DNA of 64,000 nucleotides from Xanthobacter sp. (GTDB lineage: Bacteria > Pseudomonadota > Alphaproteobacteria > Rhizobiales > Xanthobacteraceae). Every line of letters begins with the position of its first letter. Positions within the stretch are counted from its first letter, which is position 1. This document shows positions 26,638 through 36,699 of this stretch, piece by piece. Position numbers and translations under genes: made by a program. The stretch is from contig JAMHVS010000061.1 of assembly GCA_035911315.1 (NCBI GenBank), positions 103,769 to 167,768 on the forward strand, read 5' to 3'. The notes beneath the pieces were generated by a model. That model made no database searches, was not told the DNA's origin, and saw only the letters and a list, made by a program, of their open reading frames with translations.

Positions 26638-27888
26638 TCAGGTTGAATGCTTCAGGGGCTCTGGCACGGTTGGTGTTTTGCTTTCGGTCCGTTCAGCGCG
26701 ATGCGGAAAGCCGCCATTCAGGATGAGATAGGCGAACAGACCGATCACCAGCCCCCAGAATGCCCCGCCAATGCCGAGCAGCTTGATGTTGGCGGCAGAG
26801 GCGAGAAAGGTGATGAGGGCAGCTTCGCGCGAGGCCGGGTCCGCTACTGCACCGGCTAGGCTGGTGCCGATGGTGCCCAAAAGCGCAAGGCCTGCGAGAG
26901 TGGCGATGAAGGTGGCGGGGAACGCCATAAAGACCGCTGCGAGCGTGACCCCGAATACGCCGACCAGCACATAGAAGCAGCCTGCCGCAATCCCCGCGAT
27001 CCAGCGTTTTGAAGGGTCTTCATGCGCTTCCCGGCCGGTGGCGATGGCTGCCGTGATCGCCGCAATATTGAACGCATGGGAGCCGAACGGCGCCATGATG
27101 AGCGAGCCAAGGCCAGTGACGGTGACAATGGGATTGGCGCTGGTCTTGAACCCGTCATTGCGCAGAACCAGCATGCCCGGCATGTATTGGCCGGTAAGCG
27201 TGATCAGGAACAGCGGCAGAGCGACCGAAAGCAGAGCATTCAGCGAGAATTCCGGCATGGTGAAAACCGGAACGGCGAATTGCAGGCTAAGGCCGGAGAG
27301 GTCCACACGGCCTTGCGTGAGCAGGAGGGCCAGCCCGAGAACGAGAATGCCGATAACCGCATAGCGGGCGCAAAGCCGTTTCAGGATGACATAGGCCATA
27401 ATCAGCAGACCGACGAGGAGCGGATCAATGCTTGCGCTGGAAAATGCACCGATGCCGAACTGAAGCAGAATGCCGGCAAGCAGCCCCGAGGCGATGCCGG
27501 GCGGAATGAGGCGGATGACCCTTTCGAAACAGCCCGAAACGCCAAGCACCACGAAGGCTGCCGCCGAGATCATGTAGGCACCGATTGCTTCCGCATAGTG
27601 TGTTGTTGCCAGCGCGGTGACAAGAAAGGCTGCCGCGGGCGTGGACCATGCCGTGATGATCGGCTCACGATAGCGCCAGCTCAGGAACAGCCCTGTCAGC
27701 CCCACGCCGATGGACACAGACCAGACCCAGGATGCTGTCAGCGCAGGGCTAAGCCCCGCAACTTTCGCCGCCTGAAACACCAGAATGAAGGTGCCCCCAT
27801 AATTCACGATGACGGAGATCAGCCCTGCGACAACGGGATGGGTGAGGTCGCTGAACCGGATGGGGGACGATGGGGGCCGGGGTGACAT
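26638..27888 (-). CDS. BenE-family (benzoate/H+ symporter-like) membrane transporter
   Basis: A polytopic membrane protein of about 400 aa whose N-terminus (GLISVIVNYGGTFILVFQAA) and repeat organisation are typical of BenE. Confidence 0.8.
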   Translation of the reverse strand: MSPRPPSSPIRFSDLTHPVVAGLISVIVNYGGTFILVFQAAKVAGLSPALTASWVWSVSIGVGLTGLFLSWRYREPIITAWSTPAAAFLVTALATTHYAEAIGAYMISAAAFVVLGVSGCFERVIRLIPPGIASGLLAGILLQFGIGAFSSASIDPLLVGLLIMAYVILKRLCARYAVIGILVLGLALLLTQGRVDLSGLSLQFAVPVFTMPEFSLNALLSVALPLFLITLTGQYMPGMLVLRNDGFKTSANPIVTVTGLGSLIMAPFGSHAFNIAAITAAIATGREAHEDPSKRWIAGIAAGCFYVLVGVFGVTLAAVFMAFPATFIATLAGLALLGTIGTSLAGAVADPASREAALITFLASAANIKLLGIGGAFWGLVIGLFAYLILNGGFPHRAERTESKTPTVPEPLKHST

Positions 27889-28000
27889 GATCCTGAGGTG
27901 TCTCCTGCAACGCGGGCAATTGGGCCGATAAGTTGCATTGACATCTAGATGAGGAATGGCTGGATATACCCATCCACTTTAATGAAAAAGGGCAGACCAC

Positions 28001-29491
28001 TTGTTCCGGCATTCCCAACTTGAATCCGTGAAGGCCTGGATTGCTCACCCCGCCCATGCCGCCATGCCGCTGCATGCGCGGATCCAGCGGGCGATCCGGC
28101 AACTGATCGTCGATGGCGCGATCGGGGCGGGAAAGCCGCTGCCGGCCTCGCGCGCACTCGCCAAGTCGCTCGGTGTCTCTCGCGATACGATCGAGGCTGC
28201 CTATGCCCAGCTGCATGCGGAAGGTTTCATCGACCGGCGGGTGGGCAGTGGCAGTTTCGTGGCACAGATTACGGAATTCACGCCGGGGCATCGTCTGTCG
28301 CAGCGCGATGCGCTTTTGCGCAATCAGGCTCCGAACCTCAGCAGACGCGGTGACGCCATGTTTCGCAGTGGTGGTGTGCGCGAGCTTCTTTTCCCGCGCC
28401 CCTTCGCCCATGGCGTGCCGGAAACGCGTACCTTTCCCCTCCAGCTCTGGGAACGTCTGGAACGGCAGGTCCACAAGGAGGCCGGGGCACAGGCGCTGCT
28501 TCATGGCGATCCGCAGGGTACCGAGCCACTGCGCCGGGCTATCGCTGATTATGTGAACCTTGAGCGCGGCGGGCGTGCCACGACGGAGCGCGTGCTGGTG
28601 CTCACCTGTTCCCAGCAGGCCCTGTCCTTGTGTGCAAACATGCTGCTGGACCCCGGCGACCGGATCTTTATCGAGGATCCGGCCTATTATGGCGCGCGCA
28701 AGGCCTTCGATGCGGCAGGGCTTGAATGCGTATCGGTGCGTGTCGATAGCCAGGGGATTCTTGTGGACCAGATCGCGGCCGAACCCCACCGGGCCAGAGC
28801 CGTGTTCCTGACACCCTCCCACCAGTTTCCGACCGGGGCGACACTGACGCTCGAGCGTCGTCTGGCATTGATCGAGTGGGCCTCACGCCATCAGGCATGG
28901 ATTATCGAAGACGATTATGACAGCGAGTTCCACTATGCGGGCAAGCCGACAGCCTGTGTTCAGGGGCTCGATCCACATGATCGCACGATTTACATCGGCA
29001 CTTTCACCAAGTCGCTCTTTCCGGGCTTGCGGATCGGATATGTCGTGCTGCCACCCCAGCTTGTGAAGCCGATGACGGTCGCGCGCACCCTGCTGGACGG
29101 GCACACGGCCCCCATGGCGCAGCTGACATTGGCGCGGTTTATGGAGGGTGGGCATTTTGGCGCGCATGTGCGCACGATGCGCGGTGTGTATGCCGGGCGC
29201 CTCGATCTGTTGGCCAGCCTTGTGCGAACGCATCTCTCGGATTTTGTCGAACCACGCGTTCCCATCGGCGGACTGCAAATGCCGTGCGAGCTGATCTGCG
29301 CGCTCTCGGAACGCGATGCGGTTGATGCAGCGCAGCGTGTGGGTATCGACCTGCTCGGGCTCTCGGCGCTCCATGCGTCTGGCGATGGCAAGCCCGGTTT
29401 TCTGATGGGGTTTGCGGCCTATACACCTCTGGAAATCGAGGCCGCTGTTAAAAAGCTGGCAGCGGCATTTCGGATGGTGCTGAAACCATAG
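28001..29491 (+). CDS. MocR/GabR-type regulator (GntR wHTH fused to a PLP aminotransferase-like domain)
   Basis: wHTH (LPASRALAKSLGVSRDTIEAAYAQLHAEGFI) followed by a fold-type I domain of about 350 aa (TPSHQFPTG, GTFTKSLFPGLRIGY). Confidence 0.9.
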   Translation: MFRHSQLESVKAWIAHPAHAAMPLHARIQRAIRQLIVDGAIGAGKPLPASRALAKSLGVSRDTIEAAYAQLHAEGFIDRRVGSGSFVAQITEFTPGHRLSQRDALLRNQAPNLSRRGDAMFRSGGVRELLFPRPFAHGVPETRTFPLQLWERLERQVHKEAGAQALLHGDPQGTEPLRRAIADYVNLERGGRATTERVLVLTCSQQALSLCANMLLDPGDRIFIEDPAYYGARKAFDAAGLECVSVRVDSQGILVDQIAAEPHRARAVFLTPSHQFPTGATLTLERRLALIEWASRHQAWIIEDDYDSEFHYAGKPTACVQGLDPHDRTIYIGTFTKSLFPGLRIGYVVLPPQLVKPMTVARTLLDGHTAPMAQLTLARFMEGGHFGAHVRTMRGVYAGRLDLLASLVRTHLSDFVEPRVPIGGLQMPCELICALSERDAVDAAQRVGIDLLGLSALHASGDGKPGFLMGFAAYTPLEIEAAVKKLAAAFRMVLKP

Positions 29492-29616
29492 GCAGTCAGA
29501 CAGGCTCCCGATAATTGGTCTGGCCGATGGCGGAGGAGTGGCAGGATATATCAGGCCATGGCCTGATATTTGCTTAACGCATAATCTCTAATTTTTCTCC
29601 GGAAGAAAGAGTTGCC

Positions 29617-30318
29617 ATGCAGAAGACGGCACTGGTCATCCGCCATATCCACTTTGAAGACCTTGGCATATTCGATGCTGTCCTGACGGATGCAGGATAT
29701 GTAGTGCGCTATCATGACCTTGATAGCACACCATTTTCCTCCATTGATCCGCTGGAGCCAGACCTGCTGGTTGTGCTTGGTGGACCGGTCGGGGTTTATG
29801 AGGATGATCTCCATCCTTATCTGGCCGAGGAGGGGGCCATTCTGGCGCAGCGGCTGGCGGCGCAGCGCCCCACCTTTGGTATTTGCCTTGGTGCCCAGCA
29901 GATTGCCAAGGCACTTGGCGCGCATGTGGGGCCGATGGGGCACAAGGAAATCGGATATAGCCCCCTCACCCTGAGCGAGGCCGGGCGGGCCAGCCCGTTG
30001 CGGCATCTGGAAGGCATCGACGTGCTGCATTGGCATGGGGATGCGTTCCAGATTCCAGAAGGTGCGGAAAATCTCGCATCGACTCCGCTTTGCGCCACGC
30101 AGGCCTTCTCGCTCGGCCGCCACGTGCTGGCCCTTCAGTTCCACCCTGAGGTTGATGTGAGCAAGGGGATTGAGCGCTGGCTCACGGGCCATGCCGCCGA
30201 ACTGGCGGGTGCCGGCATCGACCCGCGTGCATTGCGACTGCGTGCTTCGCAGGTTGGGCCGGAACTGCGTGAAGGCGGGCAGAACATGCTGGTGGAGTGG
30301 CTACAGGGGCTGGACTGA
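29617..30318 (+). CDS. Class I glutamine amidotransferase-like protein (stand-alone GATase1 domain)
   Basis: Nucleophile elbow GICLGAQ and a His-Glu pair in QFHPE. 233 aa with no synthase domain. Confidence 0.85.
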   Translation: MQKTALVIRHIHFEDLGIFDAVLTDAGYVVRYHDLDSTPFSSIDPLEPDLLVVLGGPVGVYEDDLHPYLAEEGAILAQRLAAQRPTFGICLGAQQIAKALGAHVGPMGHKEIGYSPLTLSEAGRASPLRHLEGIDVLHWHGDAFQIPEGAENLASTPLCATQAFSLGRHVLALQFHPEVDVSKGIERWLTGHAAELAGAGIDPRALRLRASQVGPELREGGQNMLVEWLQGLD

Positions 30319-30488
30319 TTGATCGCGCACCGGCGCGTTGCTCTCTCTCTGCTCTCACTCTGCGAATGGTCTGATTCTATCCTTAAAAGTGGATGGAATG
30401 GGCAGTCCATACTCATGCTAGGTGCTGAACGATAATGGTGCGCGACGCCGGTAGCGCGCACCCATCAGTATCGTGAGGGAGAGCAGCC

Positions 30489-31793
30489 ATGAGCATGTCC
30501 GCAGCCACGCACACGGTTCAAAGCGGCAGGAATGAAGGTGTGAGCGCAGCCAGGCTGTCTGCTGCCGATGGAGCCATTGCTGTTGCCATTGCCCGTGAGG
30601 AGGACCGGCAGCGCTGCTCCATTGAGTTGATCGCCTCGGAGAATTTCGTCAGTCAGGCGGTGCTGGATGCGCAGGGTTCGGTGCTCACCAACAAATATGC
30701 CGAGGGGTATCCCCATCGTCGCTATTATGGCGGCTGTGCACATGTCGATGTGGTCGAGGATCTGGCCATCGCACGTGTGAACCAGCTCTTCGGCAGCACC
30801 TATGCCAATGTCCAGCCACATTCGGGCAGTCAGGCCAACCAGTCGGTCTTTCTGGCTTTTCTGAAGCCCGGAGACACCATTCTGGGGCTGGATCTGAAGG
30901 CGGGCGGTCATCTCACCCACGGGGCGCCCGTGAACATGTCCGGCCGCTGGTTCAATATTGTCAGCTATGGGGTGGACCCGCTCACGCATCTGATCGACAT
31001 GGATGAGGTGGCCGCCCTTGCCTGCCAGCACCGGCCGAAGCTTCTGATCGCGGGGGGCTCGGCATATCCGCGTGTTCTCGATTTTGCGCGCTTCCGCCAG
31101 ATCGCGGACGATGTCGGGGCGATGCTGCTGGTGGATATGGCGCATTTTGCGGGGCTTGTGGCGGGCGGCGTTTATCCTTCACCCGTGCCGTTCGCCGATG
31201 TCGTCACCTCCACCACACACAAGACACTGCGCGGGCCGCGCGGGGGCTTTGTGCTGACCAATGATGCGGAGATGGCGAAGAAGATCAACTCCGCCATGTT
31301 CCCCGGTCTTCAGGGTGGTCCGTTGATGCATGTGATCGCCGCCAAGGCCGTCGCATTTGGTGAGGCGTTGCAACCATCATTCAAGGATTATGCGCGGGAG
31401 GTGGTCGAGAATTGCCGGGTTCTGGCGCAGGCCCTTGCCGAAGGTGGCCTCACCGTCACTTCCGGCGGAACGGATTGCCATCTGGCCGTGATTGATCTGC
31501 GGCCGTTCGGCCTCACCGGCGCTGTCGCCGAAAAGGCACTGGAGACGGTGGGCATCACCCTCAACAAGAATGCGATCCCGAATGATCCTGAAAAGCCCAT
31601 GGTGACATCGGGCATTCGGGTTGGAACGGCTGCGGGAACCTCGCGCGGGTTTGGCGCGGATGAATACCGCGATATCGCCCGGCTGATGCTGGACACGCTT
31701 CAAGCCGTGCGGATGGGCACGCTGGATGAGGAGCAGCATCAGATCAATGCGCGCGTGCGCCTGCTTGCGGCCCGTTTCCCGCTGCCATACTGA
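30489..31793 (+). CDS. glyA: Serine hydroxymethyltransferase
   Basis: [24 protein letters not shown] and the PLP-Lys motif [14 protein letters not shown]. Confidence 0.95.
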   Translation: MSMSAATHTVQSGRNEGVSAARLSAADGAIAVAIAREEDRQRCSIELIASENFVSQAVLDAQGSVLTNKYAEGYPHRRYYGGCAHVDVVEDLAIARVNQLFGSTYANVQPHSGSQANQSVFLAFLKPGDTILGLDLKAGGHLTHGAPVNMSGRWFNIVSYGVDPLTHLIDMDEVAALACQHRPKLLIAGGSAYPRVLDFARFRQIADDVGAMLLVDMAHFAGLVAGGVYPSPVPFADVVTSTTHKTLRGPRGGFVLTNDAEMAKKINSAMFPGLQGGPLMHVIAAKAVAFGEALQPSFKDYAREVVENCRVLAQALAEGGLTVTSGGTDCHLAVIDLRPFGLTGAVAEKALETVGITLNKNAIPNDPEKPMVTSGIRVGTAAGTSRGFGADEYRDIARLMLDTLQAVRMGTLDEEQHQINARVRLLAARFPLPY

Positions 31794-31804
31794 AGGGAGG
31801 GGGC

Positions 31805-32611
31805 GTGATGACGCATATGCAACCCATCGCACTCTCGCCGGATGATATTGCCCGTTTTGGTGATGATCCCGCCTCCGCATTTGCCGCCAACTTACAAGCC
31901 GTTCAGCGGCGCATTGAGATGGCCTGCGCGCGCTGCGGACGACAGTCGGAAGATGTGCGCCTGCTGCCCGTTACCAAGACTGTTCCGGCCCATATCCTGC
32001 GTCTGGCGCATTCTGCCGGCATTGCCGATTTCGGGGAGAACAAGCTTCAGGAGGCGCGAGACAAGCAGGTGGAGCTTCAAGATCTGCCGATCCGTTGGAG
32101 CATTATCGGGCATCTCCAGACCAACAAGGTGAAGTATCTCGTGCGCCTCGCGCATGAGTTTCATGCACTGGACAGCTTGCGTCTGGCAGCAGAGCTGAAC
32201 CGCCGACTGGACGCGGAGGGGAAAGACCTCGATATATTCGTGCAGGTGAATACATCCGGGGAAGCCAGCAAATATGGTCTTCACCCCGATGATCTTTTGC
32301 CCTTTGTGGAGCGCCTGCCCGAGTTCCCACGGCTGAAACCGCGCGGTCTCATGACCCTGGCAGTTTTCAGCTCTGATGAAGGGCGGGTACGTGCCTGTTT
32401 TCAGATACTGCATGGCCTGCGCGCGCGTGCCGTTTCCATTCACCCCGGTCTCACCGAGCTTTCCATGGGGATGTCGGGTGATTTCGAGATGGCGATTGAG
32501 GAGGGTGCTACAGTCGTGCGGGTGGGGCAGGCCATTTTCGGTGCGCGACCAACTCATGATGCGCTCTATTGGCCGGGTTTTGCGCCCGAGCCGGGCGAGC
32601 TGCCATCATGA
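31805..32611 (+). CDS. yggS: YggS-family pyridoxal-phosphate homeostasis protein
   Basis: LLPVTKTV (PLP Lys), FGENKLQEA, WSIIGHLQTNKVKY and LSMGMSGDFEMAIEEGAT. The N-terminus is about 35 aa longer than typical. Confidence 0.85.
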   Translation: MMTHMQPIALSPDDIARFGDDPASAFAANLQAVQRRIEMACARCGRQSEDVRLLPVTKTVPAHILRLAHSAGIADFGENKLQEARDKQVELQDLPIRWSIIGHLQTNKVKYLVRLAHEFHALDSLRLAAELNRRLDAEGKDLDIFVQVNTSGEASKYGLHPDDLLPFVERLPEFPRLKPRGLMTLAVFSSDEGRVRACFQILHGLRARAVSIHPGLTELSMGMSGDFEMAIEEGATVVRVGQAIFGARPTHDALYWPGFAPEPGELPS

Positions 32612-33880
32612 AGGCAGCGCATCCGCGGGGGGTGAGCGGGGGAATGTGATGGTTTGGACCAGCCCGCCCTCCCGACGATTGGCGATCCGGATTGTACCGT
32701 CAAAGCGCTCGATGATTTCCTTTGCGATGGCAAGACCAAGTCCCGCCCCCCGGATCATCTTGCGACGGGCCTTGTCGACCCGGAAGAAGGGCTCGAACAC
32801 CTGCCCGATTCGGTCTTCGGGTATGCCCGGGCCATGATCAATAATGATGAGCACGCCATGTGCATCGCGCTCCTCAAGGGCAATGATGGCACCGCCGCCA
32901 TGGGTGGCCGCGTTGATCATGAGGTTGCGCAGAGCCCGTTTCAGCGCGACTGGCGCGGCCTGTACCGGCAGAGAGGCGAGAGACCGGGCCGAAACCTTAT
33001 AGTCGAGATCGGCCAGCTCCTGCACGGTTTCGCGCACAAGCACCCCAAGGTCGAGCGTATCACTCAGGTCAGACTTCGCCTCCTCCTGAACCAGCCTGAT
33101 TGCGCTGTCGGCAATGGCATCCAGCTCCTCAAGGTCATTCAGCCATTTGGCTTTTTCCTCATCATCGGTGATGAACTCGGCGCGCAGCCGCATGCGTGTC
33201 ATCGGCGTGCGCAAATCATGCCCGGCTGCCGCCACAAGGCGCATGCGGCTTTCTATGGCGACCTTCAGGCGGGAGGACAGGCGATTGAGCGCGCGCGCCG
33301 TGGCACGCACCTCTGCGGGGCCAGCCTCGGGAATGGTGGGCAGCAGGCCATCCGGCCCCACCAGTGACACAGACCTTTCCAGAAATTCCAGTGGCCGGAT
33401 GATCTTGGCTGCGGCGAAAACCGAGATGGCCGTGCTGCCGAGAATGATCATCGTGATCCAGCCGGCAAGGATCATCCCGCCCCCTGATGGCGGGCGCATA
33501 TCGGTGATCCGGGTGATGAGCCATGCACCATCCATCAGCTGCACGGAGGCCGTCAGGGTTTCATCATCTGGATGCGCAGAGACGATGAGGGGCGGTGCTT
33601 TCCCGTTCCTTGCCATGGCCGCACTGAGGAAACCGGTGGCGCCAATGTCCTTGATGCCGGATGCAGGCGCGGCCTGCACATTCATGCCCGAGTTGAGCGC
33701 CAGCTTCCGGTCCTGTTCGGCGACCGAGACCAGCATTCTGAGCTGCTGTGCAACCGGTGCGAGAGTGTAGCCGGGTTCCGGTGGCCGCAAGGCCTGAATG
33801 GCCGCAAAGGTCGCCAGACCCACAACAGACACGATCGCAAAAATGAGCAGGGCGATGATGCGGGCCCGAAGCGAGTTCAT
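32606..33880 (-). CDS. Sensor histidine kinase (EnvZ-like, two TM segments plus HAMP, HisKA and HATPase)
   Basis: H-box AAGHDLRTPMT, N-box LRNLMINAATHG and the G-boxes DHGPGIP and GAGLGLAI. The 3' end overlaps the yggS stop by 6 nt in convergent orientation. Confidence 0.9.
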   Translation of the reverse strand: MNSLRARIIALLIFAIVSVVGLATFAAIQALRPPEPGYTLAPVAQQLRMLVSVAEQDRKLALNSGMNVQAAPASGIKDIGATGFLSAAMARNGKAPPLIVSAHPDDETLTASVQLMDGAWLITRITDMRPPSGGGMILAGWITMIILGSTAISVFAAAKIIRPLEFLERSVSLVGPDGLLPTIPEAGPAEVRATARALNRLSSRLKVAIESRMRLVAAAGHDLRTPMTRMRLRAEFITDDEEKAKWLNDLEELDAIADSAIRLVQEEAKSDLSDTLDLGVLVRETVQELADLDYKVSARSLASLPVQAAPVALKRALRNLMINAATHGGGAIIALEERDAHGVLIIIDHGPGIPEDRIGQVFEPFFRVDKARRKMIRGAGLGLAIAKEIIERFDGTIRIANRREGGLVQTITFPRSPPADALPS

Positions 33881-34602
33881 CGCGGCACGGCCCTTCTGGT
33901 GACAGGAGCCGTCAGCTGATATCCGCCATTGCGCACGGTCTTGAAGAGCGGGGTATCATCGCTTGAACCCATCTTCTTGCGCAGGCGGCTCATCAGGACA
34001 TCAACAGAGCGATCGACCGGATCATAGTCTCGCCCTTGGGTCAGGTCCAGAATCTGGTCGCGGGTCAGCAGGCGTCCCGGGCGGTCGAGGAACACGCGCA
34101 GAAGGTCGAATTCGCCTCCTGTCAGCTCAATCTTCTCACACCCGTCGCGCACCACGCTGCGCTGTTGTGTATCGACCTCGAATGTGGAGAAGCAGTAAAG
34201 CCGGGCCTCTTCCTCCGTGGCCTCATCATGGGAGGTCCGGCGTAGAATGGCCTTGATGCGGGCAACAAGTTCCCGCGGATTGAAAGGCTTGCCCAGATAG
34301 TCATCGGCGCCCAGTTCAAGGCCGATGATCCGGTCCACGTCTTCCTTCAGCGCAGTAAGGAGAATAACCGGGATTGCAGGGCGTCGATCCCGCAGGTTGC
34401 GGCAGATGTCGAGGCCGGAGCCGTCCGGCAGCATCACATCCAGCACGATGAGGTCTGGTCGCCCATCGGTGATGCGGCTCTCGCACTCACGCCGATCCGC
34501 GGCCGTGGTGACGCGGAACCCCTGTTCGCTCAGATACCGTGCGAGGAGCTGGCGTATTTCCTGATCATCATCAACAACCAGTATGTTTTCTGTGGGGCTC
34601 AT
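33877..34602 (-). CDS. OmpR-family response regulator
   Basis: Receiver domain (ILVVDDD, DLIVLDVMLPDGSG, KP) and a winged-helix output (LTGGEFDLLRVF...GGYQL). 4-nt overlap with the kinase gene. Confidence 0.9.
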   Translation of the reverse strand: MSPTENILVVDDDQEIRQLLARYLSEQGFRVTTAADRRECESRITDGRPDLIVLDVMLPDGSGLDICRNLRDRRPAIPVILLTALKEDVDRIIGLELGADDYLGKPFNPRELVARIKAILRRTSHDEATEEEARLYCFSTFEVDTQQRSVVRDGCEKIELTGGEFDLLRVFLDRPGRLLTRDQILDLTQGRDYDPVDRSVDVLMSRLRKKMGSSDDTPLFKTVRNGGYQLTAPVTRRAVPR

Positions 34603-34970
34603 TATTTCGGACCAGAATTGGATTGAGGCCAAATATACGCGCCTCCTTCACGCCCTGACATGGAATTTTGAAACGGAATGTTGCCTCTGGTCCGCGCGCA
34701 ACCTTCGTTTACAAAAATCCGGATGCCGGAAAAGAAAAATAACCCTGCGGGCCAATGGCAGACAAGTGCGGCTCCTAACATCCCTCTCATTCAAGGAGTG
34801 TCAGAGATGCTCGAATATCAGATGATTTATACATCCATCAGGACTGCCTTTGTATTCCTGAAGGTTATCCCGGTTCGCTCCGTGCTGCATCACTTCAGCC
34901 TGAGATGCGTGGACCAGTTCCAGAGTGCATGGGGTTCTGCCGCTGATGTGGCGTATCAGGGGGCCGGAAA

Positions 34971-35315
34971 ATGAAAACGGCCATTGTCCTGATGTTGCTC
35001 ATGGGCTGCGACTGCGAGGGAGTGCAGTGCGAATATATCCATGCGGCCTCCACCAGCTGGCAGAGCGTGGAAGCCTGCCGGAGCGCGATCGACACGCAGA
35101 TCAAGGGGGCCGAGAGCCGCTATCCCCTCGTCACCGCAAGCTGCCAGGTGCAGGAGGGCGCGCGGGACATGGTAGAGATAGTGGAGAGTAATGACTCCAC
35201 ACTCATGAAATATATTGCATCCACGAAGAACCAAATTCTCCATGTCAAGGATATGGTCTCTGTCCTGATTTACGATATGCCGCAAAAGACAGATCATGGT
35301 CGAGGACTGTTCTAG
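34971..35315 (+). CDS. Hypothetical small lipoprotein
   Basis: MKTAIVLMLLMGC carries a lipobox-like LMGC. The early mature region is Cys-rich. No recognisable family. An antisense ORF (34956..35327) competes for the same DNA. Confidence 0.45.
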   Translation: MKTAIVLMLLMGCDCEGVQCEYIHAASTSWQSVEACRSAIDTQIKGAESRYPLVTASCQVQEGARDMVEIVESNDSTLMKYIASTKNQILHVKDMVSVLIYDMPQKTDHGRGLF

Positions 35316-35489
35316 AAATAATGACAATGCCCGGATTATCAGCCGCTGTTCGCGCTGATTTGCCCCGCTTAGTGGGTGGACGCGCCATATCTTGTGGCTG
35401 ATGGGCCGAAATACGCGTGAATCTCATGTCATGAAGCGCGGGTCTGGCGGGCGAGCATGTCCGGGGCCTGATGGATGGGTCATGCCCTC

Positions 35490-36206
35490 ATGCAGACAAA
35501 ACATATCATCATCACAACGCTGGTTATTTCCTTGATTGCAGGATGCGCGGGCCTGTTCCTGAGCGGAGCCTGGCCATGCTCATATTTTTTCCCGGCATCA
35601 AAAGAAATAAAAGAGCCGGACTTCATGCGAAAACATATTGATGCAATCGGAGATCTGCATGCGGCATTCCCGACATCTGCGGATGTCGTGTTTATTGGTG
35701 ACAGTCGTGTCCAGATTCCTCAGTGGCAGGACATGTTTCCCCGGGCATACGTGGCGAACCGCGGGATTGGCGGGGATACGCTGGATGGGCTTTTGAAGCA
35801 CGTCGACAATCTTGGAATGCAGAAACCCTCAGTGGTCGTGCTCGAGATGGGGGTCAATGATGTCTTGAGGCAGCGCCAGCCGGAATTTACAGCTGCTATC
35901 GCCGATAAGGTCATGAAGCGATTGAAGCCAACGGCAGGGCGCATGGTGATACTTGAGGTGATCGACTGCGCAGTGGAGGGATGCGACCGGAACAATGTCG
36001 CAGACCTGAATGCGAAATTCCGTTCGCTTTCAGTGCAGTATGGCGCACAATTCGTTCCGTTGAACGCCGATCTCTCGGGTCCAGATGGTCTGCTTCCGGC
36101 CTATTCATATGATGGGCTGCATCTGAATGCTGCCGGATATCGGGTGCTGTCTGGAATATTGTGTGAAGAAATCATGGAGCTGAAGTGCAGTCATACGCGT
36201 CGCTGA
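35490..36206 (+). CDS. SGNH/GDSL-family hydrolase, probable lipoprotein
   Basis: Block I VVFIGDSRV, block II GIGGDT, and block V DGLHLNAAGY. The N-terminus MQTKHIIITTLVISLIAGC has a lipobox. Confidence 0.8.
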   Translation: MQTKHIIITTLVISLIAGCAGLFLSGAWPCSYFFPASKEIKEPDFMRKHIDAIGDLHAAFPTSADVVFIGDSRVQIPQWQDMFPRAYVANRGIGGDTLDGLLKHVDNLGMQKPSVVVLEMGVNDVLRQRQPEFTAAIADKVMKRLKPTAGRMVILEVIDCAVEGCDRNNVADLNAKFRSLSVQYGAQFVPLNADLSGPDGLLPAYSYDGLHLNAAGYRVLSGILCEEIMELKCSHTRR

Positions 36207-36378
36207 TTCAGTCTTTACCAGTGGTTCCATCTGGGTCAGTCAGGACTGGTCAATAAAGATGTACATGAGGTTGGGTGTCCTTGATGAGGAGCACCATCGG
36301 GCAGCCGTGAGACTGCCCGTTTGAAGGCTTGAAAGCGCGTTCTTAACAGAGCCGCATATGCTGGAAGACAGGCCGGGC

Positions 36379-36699
36379 TCAGTGCTGATCCGGCTCCCCA
36401 ATCAGCAGCACGCGTGCAGGGCCATGGGCTTTTGAGGCATGTTCCTGCCCCGCCCGGATCTGGAGTGAGGCACCCGTATGGAGCATGGTGCTTTGTCCCT
36501 CCACCAGCACCTCGACTTGCCCTGAAAGCACATAGGCCAGTTCGTCACTGGTGGCGCGGTGGGCGGGAATGTCTCCGTCCACATCCGCTTCCACCACGAG
36601 CAGCCCTGCTATTTGTGCGATGATACGACCACGAAAGCCCGGCATCTCGAAGTCATAAGGGGCGGATGCCGGATCGGGTTTGACGTGCGGGCTGTTCAT
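36379..36699 (-). CDS. Cupin-domain protein
   Basis: A small beta-barrel sequence with the HxATSDE...G...H pattern (IPAHRATSDELAYVLSGQVEV...HTGASLQI). The start at 36699 overlaps the methyltransferase stop (ATGA). Confidence 0.7.
   Translation of the reverse strand: MNSPHVKPDPASAPYDFEMPGFRGRIIAQIAGLLVVEADVDGDIPAHRATSDELAYVLSGQVEVLVEGQSTMLHTGASLQIRAGQEHASKAHGPARVLLIGEPDQH

Noticed and set aside
30319-30488. Looked for a ZTP (pfl), THF or glycine riboswitch in the 170-nt leader of glyA.
   Set aside because: No GGGTCGTGACTGGCG...CCGCCTGGGC-type ZTP core or other riboswitch signature was seen. There is only a local hairpin, GGTGCGCG-N10-CGCGCACC, at about 30437-30462.
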